A stretch of DNA of 64,000 nt, taken from contig CAVOTY010000006.1 of NCBI GenBank assembly GCA_963699455.1, positions 1,392,944 through 1,456,943 of the forward strand. Reading direction: 5' to 3'. Each line of letters starts with the position of its first letter. The stretch's first letter is position 1. The notes beneath the pieces were generated by a model. That model was given only the letters and a program-made list of their open reading frames with translations. It searched no databases and was not told the origin of the DNA. Both the position numbers and the translations under genes were made by a program. Positions 49,170 to 58,772 of this stretch are shown in pieces. The stretch is from an uncultured Alphaproteobacteria bacterium (GTDB lineage Bacteria > Pseudomonadota > Alphaproteobacteria > Rhizobiales > Beijerinckiaceae).

Positions 49170-50968
49170 ACTCAGAGGCTGAAAATGAATCCGCGCCTTG
49201 GGCTTGTTGAGCGCAACCAGCATCTGGCCTAACGGAATCACATCTCGAATGCGATGGATTGATAGGACGGGAATGGATGTCGTTTGGATAGGTTCGCGAG
49301 TTTGGCGGGCTCCAAAGGAGCAAGGAGCTATGCGGAACGACGCGAGCGAAGGCGTTCTTGTCTTGTCGGCGTGAAGCAACAAATTGCCGATGCCGATCCT
49401 TCTTGTCGCCGACGCGTTGCCTACGTGAGTTCGCCGCCTCAAATCGGGATGAGGCGCCAGCCGCACACCATATTGTGCGTCAAGCCATGCAGGACCGCGA
49501 TTGATTTGACCTTGTCCACGCCACGCACCAGAAACTGGCGTAACCCACGATTGCGCGCTTGGGCGTTCGTGCATTCCGCCGTCGCCGCTCGCTGTTTGTA
49601 AATGTCCTTGGCCGCTTCCTCGCTCATGCGTTTTCGCCAGGCGGCAATGGCCGGCGCATCGTCTTGTTGCGGGGCGTATCGATCACAACTCTTATCGCGC
49701 GGCGCCGGAACGGGCGCGTAGACTTCGGAACCGGCGGCTTCCAATTTTTCGATGTCGTCGAATTTAACGTAGCCGCCATCGACCAGATGTTGATGCGGAC
49801 GCTCGCCATAGTTTTGGGTCAGCGTTTCGTTCATCGGCGCCATCTTGCCCATGTCGGAACCGTTGTTGTCGACGTCGACGCCAGCAACCGCGCCGCTCCG
49901 CGTGTCGGAAGCAAACTGCACATTGTAAGCCGGACGAAACCCGCCATCGGCCATCTTCATCACCCGCGCTTCCGCGTCCGTGGTCGAAGCGCGTGGCTCC
50001 TGCTCCTTCTTATTTTCCTGCTCTCTTTCTTTCGCTGTCGCGGGCGCCGATGCGCCCTTCTCATCGCTGTTCGCCCGCTTCTGTTGTTCCCGAAAGGCCC
50101 GCTCCTCGCGACGCCGCGCCCGGTCCTGTTGCAGCTCTCGCAGCGCTCGCGTGATCTCGAGAGCTTTCGCGACTCTCTGTTCGCGATCTTGAGCCGCCCG
50201 CAAGCGCGCCGCCGCCTCCCGCCGGCTTGCCGCGCCAGGGTCGCTCCGCGCTTCCTGGCGAAGGCGCTCAAGCGCATCAGTCGCTTCCGCGTGACATTCC
50301 TCCAGCGTCGAATGCCGGCGAAACGACGCCGCTCCCGCGGCCGCACGCACCCGAACACCGTCTTGCGCCACACGATCCAGATTCGCCACGCCCGCCGCCG
50401 CCAACGCCGTGAAACTGTCGATGAGAAGTTGCTCCAGCGCAGCCCCATGCCCAACCCGAAAATCCGCCAGCGTCTTGGCGTTCATGCCAACTCCGCCGCA
50501 CAGCCACTGATAGGCGATATGATCCTCGCACAGCCGCGCAATGCGCCGTGCGCTCGCCACGCCCTCGACCGTTGCGTAAAGCCACAGCGCCATCAATATG
50601 CGCGGATCGCATGGCGGGTGACCGGGTCGGCCTTCAACCGACTTGATTCCGGCAAGCAACGCCGACAGGTCGAGTCCTTCGACAAAGCTCCACACCATGC
50701 GAACGCGATGATCGTTTGGAACGAGTTCATCAAGACAAACCGCGCGCAAAGCAATCTGCCGTCGCTCCGCCGTGCGAAGGCGTGCCGCCACCGCGTTTTT
50801 GTTCTCCGGCGCGGATTGACACGACAAATCGTCGAACAGTTCCTCACCCTCTTGCTCGCGCATCGGCAAGGCTCCCAAGAATCAAATCCCAAGCTCAAAT
50901 CTAACCTGTGAATGCCCCCATGACTCCCCAAAATCCAGGAGAAATCAAAAGATTTTCAGGCTCTCAGT
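49170..50968 (-). mobile_element. IS1182-family insertion sequence (about 1.8 kb)
   Basis: Terminal inverted repeats ACTCAGAGGCTGAAAAT (49170-49186) and ACTGAGAGCCTGAAAAT (revcomp of 50952-50968), 15/17 identical, enclose a single transposase ORF. Confidence 0.75.
49439..50878 (-). CDS. IS1182-family (IS5-related) DDE transposase
   Basis: 479 aa with an N-terminal DUF772-like region (LDELVPNDHRVRMVWSFVEGLDLS...GRPGHPPCDPRILMALWLYA), a central coiled coil and a C-terminal DDE region (DGGY...YKQRAATAECTNAQ.RNRGLRQFLVRG). Confidence 0.9.
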   Translation of the reverse strand: MGALPMREQEGEELFDDLSCQSAPENKNAVAARLRTAERRQIALRAVCLDELVPNDHRVRMVWSFVEGLDLSALLAGIKSVEGRPGHPPCDPRILMALWLYATVEGVASARRIARLCEDHIAYQWLCGGVGMNAKTLADFRVGHGAALEQLLIDSFTALAAAGVANLDRVAQDGVRVRAAAGAASFRRHSTLEECHAEATDALERLRQEARSDPGAASRREAAARLRAAQDREQRVAKALEITRALRELQQDRARRREERAFREQQKRANSDEKGASAPATAKEREQENKKEQEPRASTTDAEARVMKMADGGFRPAYNVQFASDTRSGAVAGVDVDNNGSDMGKMAPMNETLTQNYGERPHQHLVDGGYVKFDDIEKLEAAGSEVYAPVPAPRDKSCDRYAPQQDDAPAIAAWRKRMSEEAAKDIYKQRAATAECTNAQARNRGLRQFLVRGVDKVKSIAVLHGLTHNMVCGWRLIPI

Positions 50969-51266
50969 ACGCCAATTCTGATCCGCTTCTAAATTTTCTC
51001 GGCTTCTTCCATCATCCTGCTGGCGCCGCGCGCCGCCGCGATCGTGTTTTAGGTCCGATCGCGTCGCGCGGTCCTCGGTTCACGGAAACACTCTTTCCCC
51101 GCCGCGATATAAAAGTCGCAAGTACCGCGCAAGCCACGCGCGATATCCATTCCCGTATCGACGGACGTGACAAAAGTTTCCACTCGGACGCGGCTTTCGG
51201 CCGGCCCCGCGGCGGACGCTGCAATCTCGCGCGCGTATCGCCGAACACCGGGCCCGGGGGATTTAA

Positions 51267-52013
51267 ATGCATTGGAAGCAGCCAGTCGTAAGCGATGTTC
51301 AACCGCTCGAGGACGGCGATGTCGATGGCGCGATCAGCCTGATTCGCAATGCGTCGCTGCGTGAACTGCGCGACGAAGCATTTTTGCGGGAAGAGTTTTT
51401 GTTGATGCTGGGGCTGAATGGCGAAGGTCTGGCGGAATTTCCAAAGGAATTATACCCCTGGTGCGGAAAAGGCATCCGCTCATGGCAGTATCCAATACAA
51501 TTCTCGGCGTTTCTCGTTAAATTGTCGAATTACAAAATATCGTCCTATGTCGAAATCGGCTGCCGCTTCGGCGGAACCTTTATCATCATGGTCGAGTATT
51601 TGCGTAGATTCACGGATCTGAACACAGCCGTGGCCATCGATATCGCGCAATCCGACATTATGTTGAATTACGCCAAACGATCCGTTGGCGTCACCTATAA
51701 AATCGCCAGCAGCCGGGATAGCGAAATCATCTCGTATTTGGGCTCGGCGAAATGGGATTTCGCGTTCATCGACGGCGATCATTCATACGACGGATGCATC
51801 TCGGACTTTCATGCCGTCAGGCAAAATGCAAAGTTGGTCGGGCTGCACGATATCACCAGCGTGGCTTGCGAGGGCGTCGTTCGCGCCTGGAGCGAAATAA
51901 AGAACATCGTTCCCAGAAACCGGCTATTCGAGGCCGTCGACCAGTATAATGACGTTCGCGAGCGCACCAACAGCACTTATCTCGGCATTGGCTTGGTGGA
52001 CCTGAACTATTAG
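51267..52013 (+). CDS. class I SAM-dependent methyltransferase (Methyltransf_24 / CmcI-like)
   Basis: VEIGCRFGGT (motif I-like) and FAFIDGDHSYDG. Visibly lower G+C than its surroundings. Confidence 0.7.
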   Translation: MHWKQPVVSDVQPLEDGDVDGAISLIRNASLRELRDEAFLREEFLLMLGLNGEGLAEFPKELYPWCGKGIRSWQYPIQFSAFLVKLSNYKISSYVEIGCRFGGTFIIMVEYLRRFTDLNTAVAIDIAQSDIMLNYAKRSVGVTYKIASSRDSEIISYLGSAKWDFAFIDGDHSYDGCISDFHAVRQNAKLVGLHDITSVACEGVVRAWSEIKNIVPRNRLFEAVDQYNDVRERTNSTYLGIGLVDLNY

Positions 52014-52142
52014 TCGCGCTCTCGCCGACCCCAGGCGGCGCGGGAATCGTCGGACACGCTCCAAGCGTCAGCTCCCGTTCATAAATTAGAGCGTAGTCTC
52101 GACCACGCCGAAAAGTTTCGGCTCGGTAAAAGGAAATCGCTT

Positions 52143-52388
52143 ATGAAGATCACGTCGAAAATCCTGTTCGCCGCCGTGCTGGCGCTCGGCGGCTCGGTCG
52201 CCACCGTCGAAACCGCGGCCGCGATGCCGCTCACGGGGCCCGCGCAAATCACCGCCGCCGCGCCGATCGAGCAGGCCGGATGGGGCTGCGGACCCGGCTG
52301 GCGCATGAACGCCTGGGGACGCTGCGCGCCGTTCCGCGGCGGTTGGGGTCCGCGTCGCGGCGGCCCGCGCCGTTTCCGCCGCTGGTGA
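52143..52388 (+). CDS. small secreted Cys/Gly/Arg/Trp-rich peptide (GCG..GW...C type)
   Basis: Signal peptide MKITSKILFAAVLALGGSVATVETAAA. Mature region ...GWGCGPGWRMNAWGRCAPFRGGWGPRRGGPRRFRRW. A canonical terminator follows. Confidence 0.6.
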   Translation: MKITSKILFAAVLALGGSVATVETAAAMPLTGPAQITAAAPIEQAGWGCGPGWRMNAWGRCAPFRGGWGPRRGGPRRFRRW

Positions 52389-52420
52389 TCTTAAAGCGCG
52401 ACGCAGCTTCAAGCTTATCG

Positions 52421-52448
52421 AGCCCGGCTACCACAGCCGGGCTTTTTC
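52421..52448 (+). terminator. rho-independent terminator
   Basis: AGCCCGGCT-accac-AGCCGGGCT followed by TTTT. Confidence 0.8.
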
Positions 52449-52593
52449 AATGAGTTAATGAAAACTTAGCACTCTTCCATCATGATGCGGGCACGCGAGG
52501 TTGGAATTTATCCAACGGGCATGACGCCGCTCCGCCGTGCCGGCCAGATCCGGATGTCGCCCCCTCCCCTCCCGGCAACAGCGGCTTTGCAAC

Positions 52594-54750
52594 ATGGCGA
52601 ATTTGTCTTCCGACTCGCGCGCGTCGTTAAATCTTCTGGCGATGGCCACGAAAACGCTGGCGCGCTCCGCGAGCGTGCTTTTCGCGCTGATCCTGGCGAT
52701 CACCGTCTCGGGCGCGGGTTACGTTTATTTCCAGGTGGCGCAAGAGAAAACCGTCGCGACCGAGCACCGCGAGATCGAGGACCGATACGCCGCGCTGCTC
52801 GTGAAGCTGACGGGTCTGGAGAAGCAGATTCGGATCGACGTTGTGCAGGTGCAACAATTCCTGTCCGATTTCTCGGCGACGCGCGGCCAGGACGGCCAGG
52901 ACGACGGTCTCGCCAACGCGGAGTTGTTCTCGAAACAATTCACCGTGGACGTCGCGGCCGCGAAGACCGCCGCGCGCGCCTTTGGCAGCCCCGAACTCGC
53001 CAATGTGTTCGTGGAGATCGAACGGCGCTTCCCGGCCTATTACGCGCAAGGCGTCGCGATGGCGAAAGTCTACGCGGCGCAGGGCCCCACCGCCGGCAAC
53101 AAGCTGATGGTCGAGTTCGACAAGCTCAGCGACGAGTTGCAGGAGCGCCTCAACGCGACCACTCCCGCTCTCGCCGCCGCCAAGAAACGCCGGGACGCGG
53201 ATGCCGCCGAGGCGAACGCCAGGATCGACGATCTTCGCCAGCGGACGATGACGATCGTGCTGGCGAGTTGCGTCGTATTGATCGTCGCCTGCCTGCTTGG
53301 CGTCATCGCCGTGCGCAAATGGCTGGTGCAGCCGCTGGAGTGGATCACCTTTTGTTTCAGGCAGCTCGCCAGCGGCGACACCCGCTACGTGATTTACGAG
53401 ATGACGCGCGCCGACGAGATCGGCGATCTCGGGCGCGCCTATCACGAGTTTCGACAAATCGTTTTGAACGCGGAAGCCGCCCGCGCCGCCGCGCGGGAGC
53501 GCGAACAGGCCATACAGCGCGAACGCGAGCGCAACGAGGAGGAAAAGACCCGGAACGACCAGCAAAAGGCCGAGGCGATGTGCGCCATGGTCGACCAGGT
53601 GGAAACCGAGACCAAGGTCGCGGTCACCAGCCTGATTAAGTTGATGGACCAGATGAGCGAGATTTCGTCGGAGATGTCCGGCGCCTCGGAACGGCTCGAC
53701 CAACGGACCAACTCCGTCGCGCTCGTCGCCAACGAGGCGTTGACCTCGATGCACTCGGCGACATCGTCGACCAAGGAGTTGTCGGCGTCGATCGATCGGG
53801 TGGCGGAGCGCATCAACGGCGCCAAGGCCACCTCGGACGAAGCGGTCGAGGCTTCGAATCAGGCCAGCAAGACCATCGAGGCGCTGTCCAATGTCGTCAC
53901 GGAGATCAACGAAGTCACCGGGCTGATCGCCAATATCACCCGGCAGACCGGGCTTTTGGCGCTCAACGCCGGAGTGGAGGCGGCGCGCGCCGGCAGCCAT
54001 GGACTGGGCTTCGCCGTCATCGCCCGCGAGGTGAAGTCGCTCGCCGAGCAGACGGCCGTCGCGACCGACAAGATCGGCGGCCTGATCGGCCAGGTGCACG
54101 CCTCGACGGCGGGCGCGGTGCGGGCCGTCGACAATATTTCGAAAGCCATCGACCGGGTGAGCAAGGCGTCCGAGGACATCACCGACGCGATCAAGAATCA
54201 GGTGACCACGACGAAGGTGATCGCGACCGACATCCACGGCACGAGCGCTTCGGTGAAAAACGTCACTCAGGACATTCAGAAAGTCGCCGGCGAGGCGCAG
54301 GACACGCGACAGATGGCCAAGAATGTCGAGGACGTTTGCACCGACGCCTCGGACAAGGTCCGCGCCTTGCAGGAGACGCTGGTGCGAATCGTGCGCAGCA
54401 GCTCCAGCATCGTCGACCGGCGCGGCCATAAGCGTTATGAAATCAACAAGCCGGGGCGGGTGAGCGTCAATGGCGCCGTGGTGCCGGTCAAGGTGGTGGA
54501 CCTTTCGGCGGGCGGGGCGCGATTGATCGGCGACATCGACCAGGGCTACCGCAACTTCACGCTGCTCATGCCCGATCTGAACTTTCCCATCCCGGCGCGG
54601 GTGGTGGCGTTCGAAACGGACTTCATTCGCGTGTCGTTCCAGATTTCCGCCGAGGAGCGCGCGCGCGTCGCCGCGTTCCTGCGCGGTGTCGACAAGATAG
54701 CCGAGCCGCTGTCGGGAACGGTCACGCTGGACGAGCAAAAGGCGGCGTAG
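52594..54750 (+). CDS. methyl-accepting chemotaxis protein with C-terminal PilZ domain
   Basis: TM helices, HAMP and the MCP signalling hairpin (…ITRQTGLLALNAGVEAARAGSHGLGFAVIAREVKSLAEQT…). C-terminal PilZ motifs RGHKR (RxxxR) and DLSAGG (DxSxxG). Confidence 0.85.
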   Translation: MANLSSDSRASLNLLAMATKTLARSASVLFALILAITVSGAGYVYFQVAQEKTVATEHREIEDRYAALLVKLTGLEKQIRIDVVQVQQFLSDFSATRGQDGQDDGLANAELFSKQFTVDVAAAKTAARAFGSPELANVFVEIERRFPAYYAQGVAMAKVYAAQGPTAGNKLMVEFDKLSDELQERLNATTPALAAAKKRRDADAAEANARIDDLRQRTMTIVLASCVVLIVACLLGVIAVRKWLVQPLEWITFCFRQLASGDTRYVIYEMTRADEIGDLGRAYHEFRQIVLNAEAARAAAREREQAIQRERERNEEEKTRNDQQKAEAMCAMVDQVETETKVAVTSLIKLMDQMSEISSEMSGASERLDQRTNSVALVANEALTSMHSATSSTKELSASIDRVAERINGAKATSDEAVEASNQASKTIEALSNVVTEINEVTGLIANITRQTGLLALNAGVEAARAGSHGLGFAVIAREVKSLAEQTAVATDKIGGLIGQVHASTAGAVRAVDNISKAIDRVSKASEDITDAIKNQVTTTKVIATDIHGTSASVKNVTQDIQKVAGEAQDTRQMAKNVEDVCTDASDKVRALQETLVRIVRSSSSIVDRRGHKRYEINKPGRVSVNGAVVPVKVVDLSAGGARLIGDIDQGYRNFTLLMPDLNFPIPARVVAFETDFIRVSFQISAEERARVAAFLRGVDKIAEPLSGTVTLDEQKAA

Positions 54751-54759
54751 CGGACGCGC

Positions 54760-56430
54760 TCAGCCGCCCACCACCAGCACATGCACGATCGGTTTCTTGC
54801 CCCAGCTGTTGTAGACGGCTCCGCGCACCGCGCGTTCGATCGCCGTCGCCACCGAGTCGAAATCGCGCCGGCGCGCGCGCGACAAGGAGTCGAAGGTCTT
54901 GAACACCGCGTCGTCGACGACATCGCCCATGTCGACGTTGTTCTTGCCGAGCTTCGGCAGGCCGGCGAAGACGACGTCGGGATCGCCGGAAAGATCGCCC
55001 TGCTTGCCGACCGCCAGCGCGATCGACACCACGCCGGCGAAGGCGAGCTTGGTTCGCTCGCGCAAGGAGCCGTCGTTCTCGGCGACCAGAATATCGCCGT
55101 CCTTGAACAGCCGTCCAACCGGCACCTTGCCGATCACCGCCGGCGCGCCGGGCGCGAGCCGCACGAGATCGCCATTGCGCGCCGACACGACCTGTTGGAC
55201 GCCCTGCGCCTTGGCGAAGGCGGCGTGGCGGGTCAGATGATGCGCCTCGCCATGCGCCGGCACCGCCGCCCGCGGCCGCGTCCATTCGTACATGCGCGCC
55301 ACCTCGCCGCGGCGGGGATGGCCGGAGCAATGCACGAGATGATCGTGATCGGTGATCACCTCGACGCCCAGATCGCATAATTTATTGATGACCCGATGCA
55401 CCTCGCGCATGTTGCCGGGGATGGCGCGCGACGAGAAAATGACGCGATCGCCGGAGACGAGTTTTATGGCGGGATGCTCGCCCTCGGCCGCCCGCGCCAT
55501 GGCGGCGCGCTGTTCGCCCTGGCTGCCCGTCGCGATAACCACGACTTTTTCGCGCGCGATGGCGTCGAGGTGGTCGAGCGACAGGAAGGGCGGAATGCCG
55601 TCGAGATAGCCGCACTCGCGCGCCACCTCTATGCCGCGATCAAGCGCGCGGCCGGCGACGACGACGCTGCGTCCCGCCGCGCGCGCGCCTTCGGCGATGG
55701 CGCGCACCCGCGCGATGTTCGAGGCGAAAGTGGTCACCAACACGCGGCCCTTGGCCTCGCCGATCAGCACGCCCAGCGTGCGGGCGACGTCGCTTTCCGA
55801 AAAGCTGTCGCCCTCGCGCAGGATATTGGTCGAGTCGCAAATGAGCGCGGTGACGCCCTCAATGCCAATCGCCCGCAGGCGCGCCTCGTCGATGCGATGG
55901 CCAACGCCCGGCATCGGGTCGATCTTCCAGTCCCCGGTATGCAGCGCGAGTCCGGCCGGCGTGCGGATGGCCAGCGCGCAGGCCTCGGGAATGGAATGCG
56001 CGACGGCGACATATTCGATGCCAAAGGGCGCGAGATCGACGATCGTTCCCGGCCCGACCCGGGTGATGTCCACTTTGGGCGCGCCGGGCTCCGACAGGCG
56101 CCGCGCCTCGATGAGGCCGGCGGCGAAAGGCGTCGCGAAGACGCGGCAGCGCAGCTTCGGCCACAGCGCCGCGAGCGCGCCGATATGATCCTCGTGCGCG
56201 TGAGTGATGAGCAGCCCCAGCAGGTCGCGGCCGAGCTTTTCGACAAAGGCCACGTCCGGCAGCACGAGGTCGACGCCGGGCAAATCCGGACCGGGAAAGG
56301 TGAGGCCGCAATCCACCATGATCCATTTGCGCGCGCGCGGCGGCCCAAAGCCGTAAAGAGCGGCGTTCATGCCGATTTCGCCAAGGCCGCCCAGCGGCGC
56401 GAAGACGAAGTCGCTCGCGTCCTGCGTCAT
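54760..56430 (-). CDS. rnj: ribonuclease J (metallo-beta-lactamase/beta-CASP)
   Basis: FAPLGGLGEIGMN, the HxHxDH motif (ITHAHEDHIGAL) and the beta-CASP region. Confidence 0.9.
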   Translation of the reverse strand: MTQDASDFVFAPLGGLGEIGMNAALYGFGPPRARKWIMVDCGLTFPGPDLPGVDLVLPDVAFVEKLGRDLLGLLITHAHEDHIGALAALWPKLRCRVFATPFAAGLIEARRLSEPGAPKVDITRVGPGTIVDLAPFGIEYVAVAHSIPEACALAIRTPAGLALHTGDWKIDPMPGVGHRIDEARLRAIGIEGVTALICDSTNILREGDSFSESDVARTLGVLIGEAKGRVLVTTFASNIARVRAIAEGARAAGRSVVVAGRALDRGIEVARECGYLDGIPPFLSLDHLDAIAREKVVVIATGSQGEQRAAMARAAEGEHPAIKLVSGDRVIFSSRAIPGNMREVHRVINKLCDLGVEVITDHDHLVHCSGHPRRGEVARMYEWTRPRAAVPAHGEAHHLTRHAAFAKAQGVQQVVSARNGDLVRLAPGAPAVIGKVPVGRLFKDGDILVAENDGSLRERTKLAFAGVVSIALAVGKQGDLSGDPDVVFAGLPKLGKNNVDMGDVVDDAVFKTFDSLSRARRRDFDSVATAIERAVRGAVYNSWGKKPIVHVLVVGG

Positions 56431-56461
56431 GAATGAAAACCCGCGAGAATGAGAAGCTGCG

Positions 56462-57280
56462 TCATGAGTGAGAATCCGGTTGTTCGAGAATATTGGGCTC
56501 GTCGTGAGCCAGGAGCACGTCGCCGGCGTCGATGATCCGCTCGCCATCCGCCGTCGCGACGACAAGACGGCCGCCGGCGTCGATGGTTTCGAACCGGCCG
56601 CGCACTTCCTCGCCCGTCGACAGCGCGACGCGGATCGGCGCCTTGAGTCCGCCCGCCGCGGCGAGCCATTTCGTTCGGATGGCCTCGAAGCCTCGCCCTT
56701 CCGCCCACAGATCCAGCGCGGCGACGAAGGCGTCGGCGAGCGCCGTGAAAACCGCCGGCGCGGAACCACCGGCACCCAGCGCCCGCGCGGGATAGGGAAG
56801 CCCTTCCGGCGCCTCGGCGCAATTGACGCCCACGCCGACGACGACGCATTGCGGCGCCGCGTGGGCGCCGGCCGCCGCCATGGGAACACCCTCGAGCAGC
56901 ACGCCGGCGAGCTTGCCGCCGTCGAGCAGAAGATCGTTCGGCCATTTTAGCGCGAGCCGGTCGCCCAAACCGCTCGCCCCAAGTCCGCTCACCCCAAGGC
57001 CGCTCGCCCCAAGGCAGCTCGCCTGACGAACGGCCTCGATCAGCGCGATCCCCGCGACAAAGCCAAGTCGCGGCGCGACGCTGGGCGCGAAATCTCCGGA
57101 AAGGATCAAGCTCGCATGGAGATTGCCGGGCGGGGAAATCCACGCGCGGCCCAGCCGCCCCTTGCCCCGGGTCTGCCGCCGCGCGACGACCCACAGCGGC
57201 CCGCGCTCGCCCGCGAGGATGAGGCGCTTGGCCTCGTCATTGGTCGAAATCGACTTCTTCCAGAAACAGCAGCCGAACAC
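56462..57280 (-). CDS. birA: biotin--[acetyl-CoA-carboxylase] ligase
   Basis: STNDEA...A..Q..GKGRLGRAW.SPPGNL..S and KWPNDLL. GTG start just after the nuoN stop, in the same frame. Confidence 0.85.
   Translation of the reverse strand: MFGCCFWKKSISTNDEAKRLILAGERGPLWVVARRQTRGKGRLGRAWISPPGNLHASLILSGDFAPSVAPRLGFVAGIALIEAVRQASCLGASGLGVSGLGASGLGDRLALKWPNDLLLDGGKLAGVLLEGVPMAAAGAHAAPQCVVVGVGVNCAEAPEGLPYPARALGAGGSAPAVFTALADAFVAALDLWAEGRGFEAIRTKWLAAAGGLKAPIRVALSTGEEVRGRFETIDAGGRLVVATADGERIIDAGDVLLAHDEPNILEQPDSHS
56958..57022. repeat. 15-bp tandem repeat (about 4 copies) inside birA
   Basis: ccgctcgccccaagt / ccgctcaccccaagg / ccgctcgccccaagg plus degenerate flanking copies. Encodes GLGASGLGVSGLGASGLG. 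Confidence 0.8.
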
Positions 57281-57325
57281 CGCGCGCGCGCGCTTCGCAT
57301 CCGAGCTCGAAGCGCGCGTCGGCGA

Positions 57326-58765
57326 TCAAAACAGCGATTTCGCGGCGGCCGTCGCCGCGTTCATCAGCGGGCCCGGATAAACCCAGAAGAACAAGAGGAA
57401 GATCGTCGAAACCGCGAGAACCGCGCGCGGCGTCAACGCGCCGCGATCGAATGCCGGCGCCGGCTCATCAAAATACATCACCTTGACGATGCGCAGGTAA
57501 TAGTAAGCGGCGACCGCGCTGGCCAGCACGCCGATCACCGCGAGCGGATAAAGCCCGGCCTGAACCGCCGGCAGCAGCACGTAATATTTGGCGAAGAAGC
57601 CGCCGAGCGGCGGCACGCCGGCCAGCGAGAACATCAACATCGACAGGAAAAACGCCGTCGCGCCGTTGCCGCGCGACAGGCCCGCGAGATCGGCGATGTT
57701 CTCGACCGGCTTGCCCTCGACGCGCATGGTCAGGATCGCCGCGAAGGCGCCCAGCGTCATGACGGCGTAAATGGCGAGATAAAGCACGACGCCGCGGATC
57801 GCGTCCTCGGTGCCGGCGGCGAGGCCGATCAGCACGAAGCCCATGTGGCCAATCGACGAATAGGCCATCAGCCGCTTGATGTTGGTCTGGCCAATCGCCG
57901 CGAAGGAGCCGAGCAGCGTCGAAACGACCGCGAGAAATATGACGATCTGCCGCCATTGGCCGGCGACGCCGGGGAACGCCGTCAGCACGATCCGCGCGGT
58001 GACGGCGACCGCCGCGACTTTCGCGGCGGAGGCGAAGAACGCCGTCACCGGCGTCGGCGCGCCCTCGTAAACGTCGGGCGTCCACATATGGAAGGGCGCC
58101 GCCGACATTTTGAAGGCGAGGCCCGCCAGCACGAAGACGAGACCGAAGATGACGCCAATCGGCGCCGAGCCCGCCAGCGCGTCGGCGATGCCCTCGAACG
58201 ACACGGTTCCCGCGAAGCCATAGAGCAGCGACAAGCCATACAGCATCATGCCCGACGACAGCGCGCCGAGAACGAAATATTTGAGGCCCGCCTCGGACGC
58301 GCGCGCGTCGTCGCGCGAGAACGCCGCGATGACGTAGAGCGCCAGCGACATCAGTTCGAGCCCCAGATAGAGCGCGATCAGATTATTGGCGGAGATCAGC
58401 AGCAACATGCCGAGTGTCGCCAGCAGGATCAGGATCGGAAATTCGAACTTGTCGAGCGCGGCGCGGCGCAAAAAGTCCGAGGACAGCAGCAGCGTGACGA
58501 GCGACGCGCCGAGCGCCAGCACCTTCACGAATCGTGAAAAGGCGTCATCGACATAGGCGCCGTCGAACACGCTCGCCTCGGATTTCGTCGAGAGGACGAT
58601 GGCGAGGATGGCCAGACCCAGCACGCCGACCGACAGCTCCGTCACCAGCGTGAACGAACGCTCGCCGCGAAACGCGCCGACCAGGATAAGCACGAGAACG
58701 CCGACGGCGAGGATGACCTCCGGCAGGAAGTGTTGGGCGAGCTGCGTGAAAAAAGGCATATTCAT
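57326..58765 (-). CDS. nuoN: NADH-quinone oxidoreductase subunit N
   Basis: 479-aa polytopic antiporter-like subunit, last gene of the nuo block. Confidence 0.95.
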   Translation of the reverse strand: MNMPFFTQLAQHFLPEVILAVGVLVLILVGAFRGERSFTLVTELSVGVLGLAILAIVLSTKSEASVFDGAYVDDAFSRFVKVLALGASLVTLLLSSDFLRRAALDKFEFPILILLATLGMLLLISANNLIALYLGLELMSLALYVIAAFSRDDARASEAGLKYFVLGALSSGMMLYGLSLLYGFAGTVSFEGIADALAGSAPIGVIFGLVFVLAGLAFKMSAAPFHMWTPDVYEGAPTPVTAFFASAAKVAAVAVTARIVLTAFPGVAGQWRQIVIFLAVVSTLLGSFAAIGQTNIKRLMAYSSIGHMGFVLIGLAAGTEDAIRGVVLYLAIYAVMTLGAFAAILTMRVEGKPVENIADLAGLSRGNGATAFFLSMLMFSLAGVPPLGGFFAKYYVLLPAVQAGLYPLAVIGVLASAVAAYYYLRIVKVMYFDEPAPAFDRGALTPRAVLAVSTIFLLFFWVYPGPLMNAATAAAKSLF

Positions 58766-58772
58766 CAGTCCA

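Noticed and set aside
48066-52388. Methanobactin-like (mbn) or RiPP cluster, suggested by a TonB-like gene, a small peptide and a modifying enzyme.
   Set aside because: There is no MbnB/MbnC-like gene and no TonB-dependent receptor. The peptide has a Sec signal and no Cys-x-Cys core like MbnA. The genes are separated by an IS and lie on different strands.
52627-54738. 703-aa minus-strand ORF.
   Set aside because: It is antisense to the MCP-PilZ gene, which has a canonical MCP hairpin. Its composition is Arg/Gly/Asp-biased, a shadow ORF.
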